A stretch of DNA of 64,000 nucleotides from Octopus sinensis (GCF_006345805.1 NC_043001.1:132184001-132248000); one strand, 5' to 3'; shown: positions 26,212-39,742, counted from the stretch's first letter. Made by a program: numbers and translations. Notes: generated by a model not told the origin, from the sequence alone.

Positions 26212-26384
26212 CTTTATTTAAAAGCAGCAGAAATATAACAAAAGCTGTTACTCGGAGTTTCACGTTCCCGTTCGTTGGACAGTTTTTGTTATATTTCTGC
26301 TGCTTTTAAATAAAGCATATTACTCTACCTCTGGTATTTGAGTACTCTTTTTTCCACCTTGTTTCACATTTATGTGCTTACTCC

Positions 26385-26390
<6 letters not shown>
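26212..26390 (-). mobile_element. Palindromic repeat element with a degenerate hammerhead fold
   Basis: 32-bp inverted arms (26212-26243, 26284-26315) around CTGT-CCAACGA-ACG GGAA CGT-GAAAC-TCCGA-GTA-ACAG (minus). Its distal part recurs at ~39688-39745. Confidence 0.55.
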
Positions 26391-26423
<33 letters not shown>

Positions 26424-26465
26424 AAAATCTCAAGAAGAGATAGAGTAGTAACGTAATATACTAAA

Positions 26466-26697
26466 CAGTAGAGCGAGTTGCCACATGAGAGTGGCAGGTG
26501 AATGTTACTACTAGTTTAACCCCAGGCAGATTCTCCACCAGCTGGTTTTCGATGCAATGTCCTGCATCATTTATATACAATATATCGCTAGCAGGGTGCA
26601 GAACATAGCATCAAAAACCAGCTGGCGGAAAATCTGCCTGGGATTAAACCAGTAGTAACATTCATCTGCCATTTTGATGTGGCAACTTGCTCTACTG
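26466..26697. mobile_element. Fold-back MITE with ~100-bp imperfect arms
   Basis: CAGTAGAGCGAGTTGCCACAT...TGGCAGGTGAATGTTACTACTAGTTTAACCCCAGGCAGAT mirrored at 26590-26697. Confidence 0.8.
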
Positions 26698-27375
26698 TGT
26701 AATATATATGTGTGTGTGTTGTGTGTGTGTATACATATATATATATTGGTAAGTGTACATCTTGTGCTGATCTGTATCAGTGAATGGTATAAATATCAGC
26801 AAAACACCAATGTTATTCAAATAAAGTCTGCCAATATAAAGGTTTTCATTTGTAACACCTTACTGAAAATGGAGTAAACCAATAAGAGGCTATTAGAAAT
26901 CTATACTCAATAATGTTTATTGTTTATAAACTGTATTATAAAATATATAGAAAATATAATGAAAAACTACTAAATAATCTAAAAATGTTGCTTTAGGTAT
27001 TCTTGAATCCAAAACCAAGAGGGCATACATACAAACATACACACACACACATTCATAGACATATTTTTATACATACATACATATACATATACACACATAC
27101 ATACACACACACACATACACACACATATACATACATACACATACACACATACATACATACAAACATACGTACACATACACACATACATACATACAAACAT
27201 ACGTACATATGTACGAACATACATACATACGTACATATGTACATACATATACAAGGACAAGCAAGTTAAGCAAGTCAATATATAAAAAATATTAAACATA
27301 TTTAATACAAAAAATGCACATGTATATACATATTAAAAAAATCTGACTTAGAATGTAAATGATATCAGGAATTAA

Positions 27376-27709
27376 GGAGGTTGAGTAGGGGTTTACCGAG
27401 TCTAACAGCTGTTTCTGAGGGCTTGGTGGTCCAAATTAATGAGTGTAACTATATTCCATCAGTGGCTAGCACCAACCTCCCACTACTCTATATCTAAACG
27501 CCCACCAGCTCCTCTTTCTAATGCGCTTAGTTCCCCACAAAATCATTCCATCTTTAAACCCCACTCTGTCAACACCTCAAATGTAAAATTCTTCCCTGAA
27601 GATAGAGGCTGATGTTATCCAATGACAGAATCAAGTTATATACTCATTATTTTGGACCACCAACCACCCAGAAACAGCTGTTGGAATCATAAAACCCCTA
27701 CTCAACCCC
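27376..27709. mobile_element. MITE with ~90-bp TIRs and TTAA TSD (Kolobok-like termini)
   Basis: TTAA|GGAGGTTGAGTAGGGG...CCCCTACTCAACCCC|TTAA. Confidence 0.75.
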
Positions 27710-27765
27710 TTAATTCTTGATATCATTTCATTCTTGTAAGCCAATTTTATATATAAATATATATA

Positions 27766-27820
<55 letters not shown>

Positions 27821-27855
27821 AATATATATATCTATATATTATATATATATATATC

Positions 27856-27893
<38 letters not shown>

Positions 27894-28102
27894 CATATGT
27901 ATAATTTTTGTATTAAATGCATTCAAATTTCTGTATATAAATTGCCTAACTTGCTTGTCCTTACATTTACTCCACAATCTGTTCAAGTTCAAATCTTTGA
28001 GCACTACGAAGTGTATTCTATACAGAGAATATATGTCTCTAATCTATAAACTACATACATACATACATTCTTTTCGTTCTTTCACTTATTTCAGTCATTG
28101 GT

Positions 28103-28334
28103 ACGTTCACTACAGTTGTTTCAAATGAGTTTTTTATTGATGAATAAATTTATTTCATCATGTGAAAAAACCGTTTTCATCAGATGAATATACATGAATT
28201 AAACATTTTGAAAAAACATCCAAGAATTATGTTCCACTTCAGATCCTGACTAGCTTCAACCAAAAGTTTTCAGATAATGTAATAACTCTATCCATCAATA
28301 AAAAAAGCTTCTTGAAAACAGCTGTAGTGAATGA
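28103..28334. mobile_element. MITE with ~40-bp imperfect TIRs
   Basis: GTTCACTACAGTTGTTTCAAATGAGTTTTTTATTGATGAATA versus its reverse complement at 28289-28332. Confidence 0.65.
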
Positions 28335-28846
28335 ACGAATTTCGATCTGTTGTTTTTTATACATATATAATATATATATATAATATATATATATATAATA
28401 TTATTTTTTATTATTATATTATTATTATTATTATTATATTATTATTATACATGAATATGTTGGCAGTGACTTCGAAATTTCAACCAGCTAAGCCTTTGTC
28501 CTACTACAAAAGTATAGAGTAACCTATCAGATTAATGTGAAATAGCTGCTATTACATCTGAACATAAAAACAAATATTAATATATGTGTGTCTGCGTATA
28601 CACACACAAACACACACATATAATATATATATATATAATATATATATATATATAGTTTTGGCTATATATATTATATAGTTATGGCATATTCTGTTAAGAA
28701 CGTATAATAGTAGTATTATATGTACTTCCAAGTAGTGCATGGGCATCTTCATGTGTGAATAGGTAATTGAAAAAATTGGAGTTAACAAGAAGAAATATGG
28801 TTGGACTTTTTTTTTTCATTCACTACATTTGTTTTCATGCAATATA

Positions 28847-29093
28847 GTTCTCCAGGCGTACAGGTACTTGATTACGCAACTGTTTCCCTGCATTATGAGA
28901 TCTATACATTCAAAGCAGTTTGCCAACAGTCCCTCAGCAACCACTCATCCTGATAAACTCAGTGACTATTACTAAATGCAGGCCAAGACAGACAAAGAGG
29001 ATGTTCTTGAAGTTCAGAACTTGAACTTATGGAGACAATATTTACATATTGTCTGAGGAAACGCAACTTAGTTCTCCTGCATGCCTGGAGAAC
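28847..29093. mobile_element. Tc1/mariner-type MITE
   Basis: TA|GTTCTCCAGGCGTACAGG...CCTGCATGCCTGGAGAAC|TA. Confidence 0.8.
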
Positions 29094-29174
29094 TACATTC
29101 CATGGAAACAATTATAGTGATTAAATAAAAAATATCCAACTGTACTCCTTCTTGTTAACTCCTATTTTTTCAGT

Positions 29175-29217
<43 letters not shown>

Positions 29218-29419
29218 TGATAAGCTTCGTTATAGTAACTTACTAAGATATTTTGAAAATTTATTGTTAATGTATAACTCTTTTTGGTACCAACTTACCT
29301 GAGGTAGCTTCTATATAAATTTTCTGTGATCTAAATTAAAATCTTTTAAATGTTAATTTATATTCCAAACATGAGCTTAATGAGTTAATTTTAACATCAA
29401 AAATCAATGGAAACTAGTT

Positions 29420-29672
29420 GTGATCCCTGGGCCGGTGGCACCATCCGAATGTGGCCGATGCCAGTGCCGCCTTGACTTGCTTCCGTGCCGGTGGCACGTA
29501 AAAAGCACCCACTACACTCATGGAGTGGTTGGTGTTAAGAAGGGCATCCAGCTGTAGAAACGCTGCCAGATCAGACTGGAGCCTGGTGCAGCCTTCTGGC
29601 TTCCCAGATCCCCGGTCGAACCGTCCAACCCATGCTAGCATGGAGAACGGACGTTAAACAACGATGATGATT
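29420..29672 (+). mobile_element. RTE 3' UTR fragment (family C)
   Basis: One to two units plus the conserved 3' end. Confidence 0.85.
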
Positions 29673-30950
29673 TGTATGCTCACATATACATACACACACA
29701 CATGCCTCTTTGGTTTTGCATGCAAACATATGTAGGGCAACATTCTCATGTGCGTGTGTGTGTGTCCGTGTCCCTTAACCATAAATATAGCAGTCCTCTA
29801 AAGATTTAGAGACATTTACACTCTCTTCCTATACGTCTAAGAGGTGTATATTATGAAAAATATCTCACTCTGTTTATAAAGAAATTTCCAGCATCATAAA
29901 ATCACACCCAACAAGACTTACTTTTGATAAAAATTGTAGCCATACATTCTATTTCCTTGTCAATTATGACTATTTGTAGAGCAACTTTGGTGTGAATCAC
30001 TGTCAGCAATACTCCTCATATTTTTATAAGCTGCAATCTAACCACATCTCTTATGTGCATAAAAAAATAAATTCTTCATTGCAAACACACTCTGATAAAT
30101 TCTTTCAAAATAAAATAATTCTTTTATTTTCTCAGTACAAAATAATTTGCCCTTATAGTTTTCAGGTTTTTTTGTTTGTTTTTTTTTCTAAATGGCTTAG
30201 TCAAAAGATGAAGAAAGGAAGTAGCCATAGCCCTTTCCATAGCTTCCATGATTTGTAGGAATAAAGAATGAAGTTTTTTAGATTGCAGACCTGATGTTAA
30301 GCTAAGCAATGATTAAGTCTACCAATAAAGATATTATCTTGAATTGGATTTTCTCTTTGATTCATCAATTATATTTTTACCATCTCTATGTTTTCTCAGA
30401 GATTATACCCTATCTCCAGTACAGGAAACTCTCTGAACTATCTTGTTGTTGACAATCTTCTTCGTAATCATCATTATTTTTTGTCTACTTTTCTATGCTT
30501 GCATGAGTTAAACAGAATTTATTGAAACAGATTTTCTGCAGCTGGATGTCCTTCCTGTTGCCAACCCTCACCTGATTTCAAGCAAGTTAATATTTCACTT
30601 GTATAATGGTGATGTTGAATTGCAACTGTCACATAATGTCATGAAAATAGTACACATAAACACACACTCACACATGTGTGTGCATGGGAAGATTTGAGTT
30701 CATGGAGGACAGAGATGAATGCAGTGAGATATCTTCAATGCAGAATGAGAGATAGCCAAACATTTTGTTAGTAGATGAATTTAGAGAAATAAAGAAAAGC
30801 CTTTACAATTTTTCTTGACTTTCACACTATTCTCATACTAATTTTGCTGGTGCAGAAGCCAAATTTTTTTGTTATTCTGAACTCACTGCAATATTAAAGA
30901 CTTACTGTTATCTCAAACAATGCTTACCCCTATGTATATAATAAAAAAAT

Positions 30951-31202
30951 AATAGATGCGCCCTTTTAAAGCCTAGCCAGACTCATGGGCCCAGTTTCCC
31001 AGTTTCAATGGTGTATGTGTTCCCCAGCTGGAGAGGACGCCAGTCCATCGCAGCGTTACTCATTTTTGCCAGCTGAGTGGACTGGAGCAACGTGAAATGA
31101 AGTGCTTTGCTCAAGAACACAATGCGTCGCCCGGTCCAGGAATCGAAACCACAATCTTACGATCATGATGCTGACACCCTAACCACTAAGCCACGCGCCT
31201 CC
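30951..31202 (-). mobile_element. CORE-like tRNA SINE family E, tail variant 1
   Basis: Head GGAGGCGCGTGGCTTAGTGGTTAGG...GGTTTCGATTCC; CORE-like GTGTTCTTGAGCAAAGCACTTCATTTCACGTTGCTCCAG; tail GCGATGGACTGGCGTCC. Confidence 0.85.
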
Positions 31203-32659
31203 ACTATGCATATAATACCACCCTTTATTCCCTCATGCATTTCATTCATAGGCATCCTCTACAAGTAAGCTAGACTTTATTGCTGATATCCAGATGACAA
31301 AGAAGGGTAGTGAAAAATGTGGATTCTGAATATGTATTAACATCATGTTTCAGAGGGAAGTTTGAATATAGAGTATAGTCTTGACAGCAGGATGGACTAT
31401 AAAAATAGTGAGATATTCATGTCTTAGGGGAATAGGGTTTTTGGTTTGTGTCTAAAAAGATAATGGATGACATCCATGTTGGACTGGAATCCATAAATGT
31501 TCATAAGGTGGAGGAAGGATTGTTCACTGGATTTGCTAAGAAAAGCAACTGTAATTATTTGAATGTAGAACCTTTAGATATGTGTTGGTTGTGATTCTAT
31601 CACTGTGACTATGAGCAACATGTTAATTTACATACTAAAGGAAACTTGTTTCAATTAGCAAAATATTCAGACAAATCTGTCACAATGATAACTTTCACTT
31701 TTAGTTGTTAAAAAAATCAATGTCACTATCAGAGACAATATGTCAAAAATTACAAGTAATTGAAGAAATACAATCAAATCCACCCCTCTGCACCCAACAA
31801 AAAAAAAGAATTGTACTCAAGAGAAAAAGACAGCTGAAAATTAAAATTAAATGAGAATAAGTGATTTATATGAAATGAACTAAAATGACAGTAGGATCAT
31901 GTACCTTAGAAAAGAGATTTTCAAGAAACAACAATTAATTATCATAATTCTGGCTGTCTGTCTGTTTGTTTAGCTATACACATATGTGTCTATAGATTTC
32001 CTTCATCAAGCTATACTCATCTGAAGTAAAGCTGTACATTGTTCTAATGGTTTTCTGTTATATCTCATTATGTCAGTGCGTCTCCAAGAAAATGGATTCT
32101 CATTGCTGGCTGAATCACTGGCTTTGAAACATCTTGTTTTCTCATAGTTTAACAGCTTTCAGCAAAATTGATTGAATTTAAATAAATTGTATCCTAAGTT
32201 GATTAATATAGTAAATGTACATTTTGATACTTTATGGTAATTAAGCTCTCATTCAGTTGATGTGAATGAATTATTAACACAGCTGCTTATGCAAGCTGTG
32301 TACAGAAAAACACAGAGACTCATTGGCTTTAGAAATTAAACAGCCAGGAATAATTATGTCTTTGTTAGGGACGAGGCCAGATTTCATGGGAGGAATTGTA
32401 GTTGATCACTTTGTAATAAACCTCAGTATCTTACTGGTACATAATTACAATTTCTCTGTTTGGGACAAGATCAATTTCTCAAGATTGTAGCAAATCTTAC
32501 TGATACAAATTACTATTGATAATATTGTAATGAAAGCAAAGTCAATCCTAGCTACTATATATATTATTCTATTGCTCAAATATTTATTTACTACATCTTA
32601 TTCAGCATACTCTCTTTAACTGTTTTTAATTTGCAAATAAAAATTAAATGGAAATAGTA

Positions 32660-33058
32660 GTTGTGATACCTGTGCCGGTGGTACATAAAAAGCACCATCC
32701 ATACGTGGCCGTTGCCAGCGCCACTCTGACTGGCTTCTGTGCCAGTGGCACATAAAAAGCACCATCCGAATGTGGCCGTTGCCAGCTCCACCTTGACTGG
32801 CTTCCGTACCGGTGGCACGTTAAAAGCTCCAACCGATTGTGGCCGATGCCGGACCCCCCTGGCACCTGTGCAGGTGGCACGTAAAAAGCACCCACTACAC
32901 TCGCGGAGTGGTTGGCGTCAGGAAGGGCATCCAGCTGTAGAAACTCTGCCAGATCAGACTGGAGCCTGGTGCAGCCCCTGGCTTCCCAGACCCCGGTCGA
33001 ACCATCCAACCTGTGCTAGCGTGGAAAACGGATGTTAAACGATGATGATGATGATAAT
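32660..33058 (+). mobile_element. RTE 3' UTR fragment (family C) with four tandem units
   Basis: Repeated GGTGGCACrTAAAAAGCACCATCC units and a (GAT)n tail. Confidence 0.88.
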
Positions 33059-33363
33059 AAAACTTCTTTACATAGTTACAAAGCCAGAAATTTCAGTGGA
33101 GGGTTACAGTGGCCATAGCCATTGACTAGTAATTTATTATATCACTCCCCAAGAGGTAAAAGATGAAACTGATCTCAGTAAGATTTCAACTAAAAAGGTA
33201 GAGCCAAAACAAATACTGCAGGGCATTTTGTTCAATATTCTAATGATAATTCTAAACCAAAACCCTAATTCGTATATAACAATAATAAAATTCCATCACA
33301 CACAGCAGTCTGTATATACTCAAATATTTAACAAGAATACTTAGTATATATTTTGAGTTATAC

Positions 33364-33420
33364 CTGTTTGGCAAATGACTTGATCTGAGATATAACTTGG
33401 TCTGAGATCTTGAGTTGTGA
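33364..33420 (-). CDS. Candidate 57-nt exon
   Basis: Acceptor tgtttcag| and donor CAG|GTATAA; open in all three frames. No homology recognised. Confidence 0.25.
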
Positions 33421-33849
33421 CTGAAACAGCTACATTGCAGTAAATTCATGATGGTCATATAAATGTTAAGTTGGTTTTTGTTTATATTTGGTGATGGTAC
33501 TATATACTTATGACGTGCTATAATATAGTTCAAATGCTTATGATGTGCTAAAAATATAGTTAAAATATACTTATTATATATATATATACACTCAATGTTC
33601 AAATTCAAGCAGAACATATGCACCAAACACAATGCACTCCAGCATTATCTGGGCTGTTGATAACAATAACACTATGACCAACTGGTATTGCATTACATGT
33701 CTCTTGATAAGGAAAAATTGATTTGAAATTGTACCAATCAGTGAATACGGTGTGCACCCTGATCAATGAAGGGACACACACCGTGGGTAGACTCATGTGT
33801 GCATGCGACCTTAATTTGCTTTCACATAGTATACATGTATTTTTAAAGT

Positions 33850-34065
33850 ATGGCCGTTTGCCAGCCCCGTCTGGCACGTAAAAAGCACCCACTACACTCA
33901 CGGAGTGGTTGGCGTTAGGAAGGGCATCCAGCCGTAGAAACATTGCCAGATCAGACTGGGCCTGGTGCAGCCTTCGGGCTTGCCAGACCCCAGTTGAACC
34001 GTCCAACCCATGCTAGCATGGAAAGCGGATGCTAAACGATGATGATGATGATGATGATGATGATA
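33850..34065 (+). mobile_element. RTE 3' end fragment (family C)
   Basis: Conserved 3' end plus (GAT)n. Confidence 0.85.
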
Positions 34066-35314
34066 GATGCGTGGTGTTGTTGTCTTGACTGAAGTTATCA
34101 GGTCAGACATTTGTTTTACATCGCACCACCTGCGTTACAGTACACGATCAACCACTGTGAAAAATAGGGAGATTGTAACAAAATCCTTATGAACATTGCA
34201 GCTTATGGAATGAATAATAGGCATGAATAAATACTAATAACAATAAGCAACTTTGTATAAATTGAGCTGAATAAAGAGAAAAATGTTAAAAGCAAAAAAA
34301 GCTTGAAAGGTTTTAGTTTTTGCTTCACATCTGTGCTTAATTCTTGGTGAAATTTTAACGAATTTAAACCTGAAAATGCTCCTTTTGCATTCCTGGATCG
34401 TTTGCTATCAAGAAAATTTACATGGGCAAATTGTTTCTGGTAGCAATAACAATTATGCCAGAACATGATTCATTAGTCAATTTTCTGTTGAAAAATAGGA
34501 CTTTGTGCAAAGAAATGGTATCACTATACTTCCAAGACATCGATTAATCATGGAATACTGAAGACGTTCACATTGACAGTTCAGTTGTGGCACAGAAGCC
34601 ATTACTAATGGAAAATGTGCCAATAAATGTTACAAAAATGCATGTATTTGGTCATATTCCCTTGACAAATTGGCAGTTTTGTGCATCACAAATCAACTCA
34701 TAACACTCCTTTTACATTGCTGCATTTTTTGACTCCAAAAACATTAAAATTGACAACGTAGATTAGAAGCAAATCCAAATAGTGCCTGAAAATGACTTCA
34801 AAATTGTGTGACTGGAACTCATTTTCAAGGTTATTTTTGTAGTAAAAAAGAGTTGTGCAAAAAACAAACTTCATTTGGGAGCCGAAAGATTACTAAATCT
34901 TTTGATACCTCAATTGTCAAAATCAGTAACTCAGTTTTCGAATCCATAAGGAACATACGTACCACACACAGACACACATACACAAACTCTGTTTCATATA
35001 TATAGATATACTATTATTCTCTAATGTAAAACTTAAAATCTCTATGGTTGAATATATATTCAATCTAAAATCTAAAGAAATAGATTATAACCTGGTATAG
35101 TCTATCTTAAGTTCTGTTAATATACAAAGAGGACAGGAAGGATTGTCTTCTATGTATACAAAAAGTACTTGAGATCCTGAGAGCTGACTGCAATTTATCA
35201 TTAAACAAATGAAATTGTTATACAGTATAACCAAAAATTTTCTTGGTCATTTAGCCATTACGTAATACAAAATAAACATAAGGTTAGGAGTGGAAAAAAA
35301 AATACTCCAATTAA

Positions 35315-35617
35315 TCTTTATATATAAAAGTGAAGTTGTGTGAGTGTCTGTCTCCTACGATTTAGATTCCTAACTACTCCCACATTTTGCGGTGCAGTTT
35401 AACCAAAAGTGGGTATCTTATAGTCGTGATTCATATCGAGCCCTTCTGGGTATTAGCGCACGTCTTCGGTGAGCCTACGATTTTAAAATAAATTTACCAT
35501 CATTTTTTCCCATTTTTAATGCATTTTTTTGCTATTATATAAGGGAAGTAACTCTCTAAAAATGCGTATATAGTTATTTTCCTTACAAACCCGAGCAACG
35601 CCGGGCGATACTGCTAG
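35315..35617 (+). mobile_element. Non-autonomous Helitron
   Basis: A|TCTTTATATATAAAAG start, subterminal hairpin CCCG-AGCAACGC-CGGG (35590-35605), CTAG|T end; inserted between A and T with no TSD. Confidence 0.85.
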
Positions 35618-35903
35618 TAATAAAATAAAGTTGTTGAATGTGATGACAAAGGATGACCTATTTTGATTTAGTTTTAATATCTGTTTTTAATTTCAACTTT
35701 AATTTAATTATATTGGCAATTGTGTCAACAAGTGTTGGTCATAACTGGATAACGCAACATAAAATCATGTTTAGATAGTAATAACACTAAGGATATAATA
35801 TGATAAACTAAAGATTTTATTCTGTATAACTTTCCTTACTATAATTATTTGTTATTTACTATACGTTTGCCCATAATAACTTGAATAATCAACTTATCTC
35901 ATT

Positions 35904-36320
35904 TACTCTTTTACTCTCTTTTACTTGTTTCAGTCATTTGACTGCGGCCATGCTGGAGCACCGCCTTTAGTCGAGCAAATCGACCCCGGGACTTATTCTT
36001 TGTAAGCCCAGTACTTATTCAATCGGTCTCTTTTGCCGAACCGCTAAGTGACGGGGATGTAAACACACCAGCATCGGTTGTCAAGCAACGCTAGGGGGAC
36101 AAACACAGACACACAAACACACACATACATACATACATATATATATATACATATATACGACAGGCTTCTTTCAGTTTCCGTCTACCAAATCCACTCACAA
36201 GGTTTTGGTTGGCCCGAGGTTATAGTAGAAGGCACTTGCCCAAGATGCCATGCAGTGGGACTGAACCCGGAACCACGTGGTTGGTTAGCAAGCTACTTAC
36301 CACACAGCCACTCCTGCGCC
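35904..36320 (-). mobile_element. SINE family A
   Basis: Full length, colinear. Confidence 0.9.
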
Positions 36321-38819
36321 TACATTAAAACAATAAAAAATATTCAAATCTATCACCGTCAGCTGCAGCAGCAGCAACAGCAGTAACAACATCAATAGCA
36401 AAAGCATCAGCTGTAGTGGCATCATTTTAAAGTCCATTTTTCCATGCTGTATGGTTTGGACAAGTTAGTCATAAGGCACTTACTTCACTTTCTCTTTACT
36501 TTCAGTCTCTTAACAATTTACTATTGCCTTTCTTTATTTTCCTTGTACTTTGATATTTTTAGACATTTTGGTGGTAACATTAATAACTTACAATATTTTT
36601 CTTTTGCAAGGTATGAAATATCAGGTGGAAATAATTGACTTGATAATTATAAACATATTTGAAGAAAACAATTGCTCACTAAAAGTATAAACAAAGCTAG
36701 TAGCTTTATATAGGCTCAAAGTTTCAGCTGCTTTTGGATGATGAGACCCAACATGTTGAAACACCAGTGCCCCAGAATGTCATGTGCCAATAAACTGAAT
36801 GTGCTGAACACACTGTTGTCATAAAAGGGAGAAGCTTTTCTCTTATGATGAACTCTTCAGCGGACAGGATATATTTCACAGCCGAACTTGCTGAGACAAG
36901 TTAAGAATACATATGCAAATAGTCATAAATTTAAAACAAAGATTAATATAAATAATAGTCTGCAGGCATGAACTTTGGTTATGCATTCATTTGTAGTGGT
37001 TCTTAATCTTTTCCCTTAAATGCCCCTTCCACACAGTAAAAAAAGACAGTGTATCAAGTGCATAATAGTATAATTGTATGCCTAAATGTACACAATATAA
37101 TTGATATTACCTGTTCAACAACAAGGTAATAATAAATACAAAGCAATTTATTTTAATCAAACAGAAGTTAATTTTGTGCAGTGGTTCATTATCCATATTG
37201 TCATTCTATCAAACAGGTACCCCTGTTTCAGATATTTGCATGAGCTAGTACCACCTATGATAAAACTTATATGAACATTAGTAAAAAATTAAGGACTTAT
37301 ATAATGAAATTATATTGGATCTTGGTGCAACAGGCACAGATAACGCAATTTCTGACTCATTCACATTATTATCTTAACAATTATTTTATTTTGAAAGTGT
37401 TTAAAATATAAATTTTGTACCTGGTTTAAGTATTCTATGTGTAAGAATAATTACAACCCCTGTAAACACCTAGTATCCTTCATAGTGCTCTCTTTTGAGC
37501 TCACAACTTGCCTAAGATGCTTCTATAACTTTACACCTTCTTATGGGTGTTGTGTTAAGAATCACTGCATTATGTGAAATCCAGAAATATTCATGAACAT
37601 GTAAAGTTCAGGAACACATAGACATTAGAGAATCAGCTTCCTGTGATTCTATCCTCATTTGCCAAACTAGTCCTGACAAACATTACTATAGAAGTCCAGT
37701 AGGCAGTGAGCTAATGAAGCAAAACAGTGGATGGGCAATCATTCTATTCTGCATCTGCTGAGAGCTGTTCATAACTGATCACAGTGGTGAACACTTGTCA
37801 GAGAAATCACCAGGAGTCATTTATCAACCTGATGGTTGGAAGAGGTGTAAATCAAGGATTAGCCTGTTTAACAACAATTACAAAAGGGAGAACCTACTAC
37901 TGAAAATAACATAATTTCACTATCTTTATGATAGGCAAACTAGCGAAAGGTAAAAAAAACAGTGTATCAAGTGCATAATGGTATAATTGTATGCCTAAAT
38001 GTACACAATATAATTGATAGTAAGTGGTATATATATAAAAAAAAGTAGTTTGTGAATTGATTTTTATGCCGGTTATCATTGAAATAATAAACACTGGAAA
38101 ATGAAGCAAGTAAACTTGTTTGAATGCTAACTACATAAAAGGATAGGCTACATGCTAAATTCTCTCTAACTCAATTGCTAACTGATTTTATAGAACAAAA
38201 CTTCGAGTTTTATACATATTTCTTGCTTAAAAAATATAGGAGCTATTATTTAGGAAATATATGAATGTTAAATCAAAATACACAGTATCAATTTTGGAAG
38301 AAAATAAAAATAAAATATACATTAATGGGGAAAAAAAGAAATGATTGCAAAACCATGGCACTAAAGATTCGGTTATGGTTTGGGGAGTGGAACAAGGAAA
38401 CCTAATTTAAAAGATGTTTCCTAATTGAGAATAACACATTAAAGACAACAACAATATTGAGAATATCACAGACTCAGATAAAGAATGTTCACTGAAAATA
38501 TGGTTTATAAAGTTGTTGATCCATGAAATTTTTAAAACCTGTAATAATCTGTAAGAAATGTTCTTTTCTAATTCTCATTTGATTTCCTATTATTTGTTTT
38601 CCACAATAGATTTCCTGGTAAAGCCATAAATTATCTGGAAACTATTGTATATCATTAAGTACTACCTTTGCAAGCTGGAACTAATTTCATGTGATTCATC
38701 AGCGGATAATTTAATATTTTTCTTTTTTCTCTTTTTTCTTATGTTTTTTTTTCTTTAGCTATTCAACAAATTTTATTTACATTCATAGATTCTGATAGTA
38801 AATAGAAAAGAAAAAGAAC

Positions 38820-38824
38820 TGACT

Positions 38825-38856
<32 letters not shown>

Positions 38857-38912
38857 TTCATATACTTACACACATATATGTATATATAAAAACAAGTGCA
38901 CATAAATGTATG

Positions 38913-38956
<44 letters not shown>

Positions 38957-38972
38957 GTATATATATATATAG

Positions 38973-39007
<35 letters not shown>

Positions 39008-39030
39008 ATATATATATGTATGTATGCATG

Positions 39031-39062
<32 letters not shown>

Positions 39063-39102
39063 TATATGTGTGTGTATATATATATATGTATGTATATACG
39101 CA

Positions 39103-39152
<50 letters not shown>

Positions 39153-39637
39153 CATTCACACACACACATATACACACATATTTACGTACATACATACATA
39201 TTTATTTATTTTCCTTTTTGCTTCTCAATGTGAAACAGAAGGAGAGTGTAAAACAACAATATATAAAATCAATTCTGGTATTGATTCTATTTACTTTTCT
39301 TTTAACTGTGAGTGTCTTTAATTTTTCTCTGTTTTTTTTTGTTTTTGTTTTTAGGGGAATTTTTTTTTTTTTTTTTTTTTTTACTTATTTTGTGTCAAGC
39401 TAATCAATAATATAAAACCAAACATGTGGTAATAATTGAATTTTCCAATAAGTATTTGAAAAATAGATCTACTGTCATGAATGTTTCTTCTCAAAAGTAA
39501 CAAATTTTTGTGATCAAGATTAAATTTTTTACATTCCGATTGAAATCCTGTTTGCATTCTCCAAGTCTTCTTATATCGTATTCAATACTTAAGTAGTATA
39601 TGTTTTATGTATGGATGTGTGTGCATATACATGCATG

Positions 39638-39686
<49 letters not shown>

Positions 39687-39742
39687 TAATATTTGAGTAC
39701 TCTTTTTTTCCACCTTGTTTCACATTTATGTGTTTACTCCAG

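Noticed and set aside
34455-34800. Possible decayed coding remnant (MPEHDSLVNFLLKN...)
   Set aside because: Several stops and no recognisable family.
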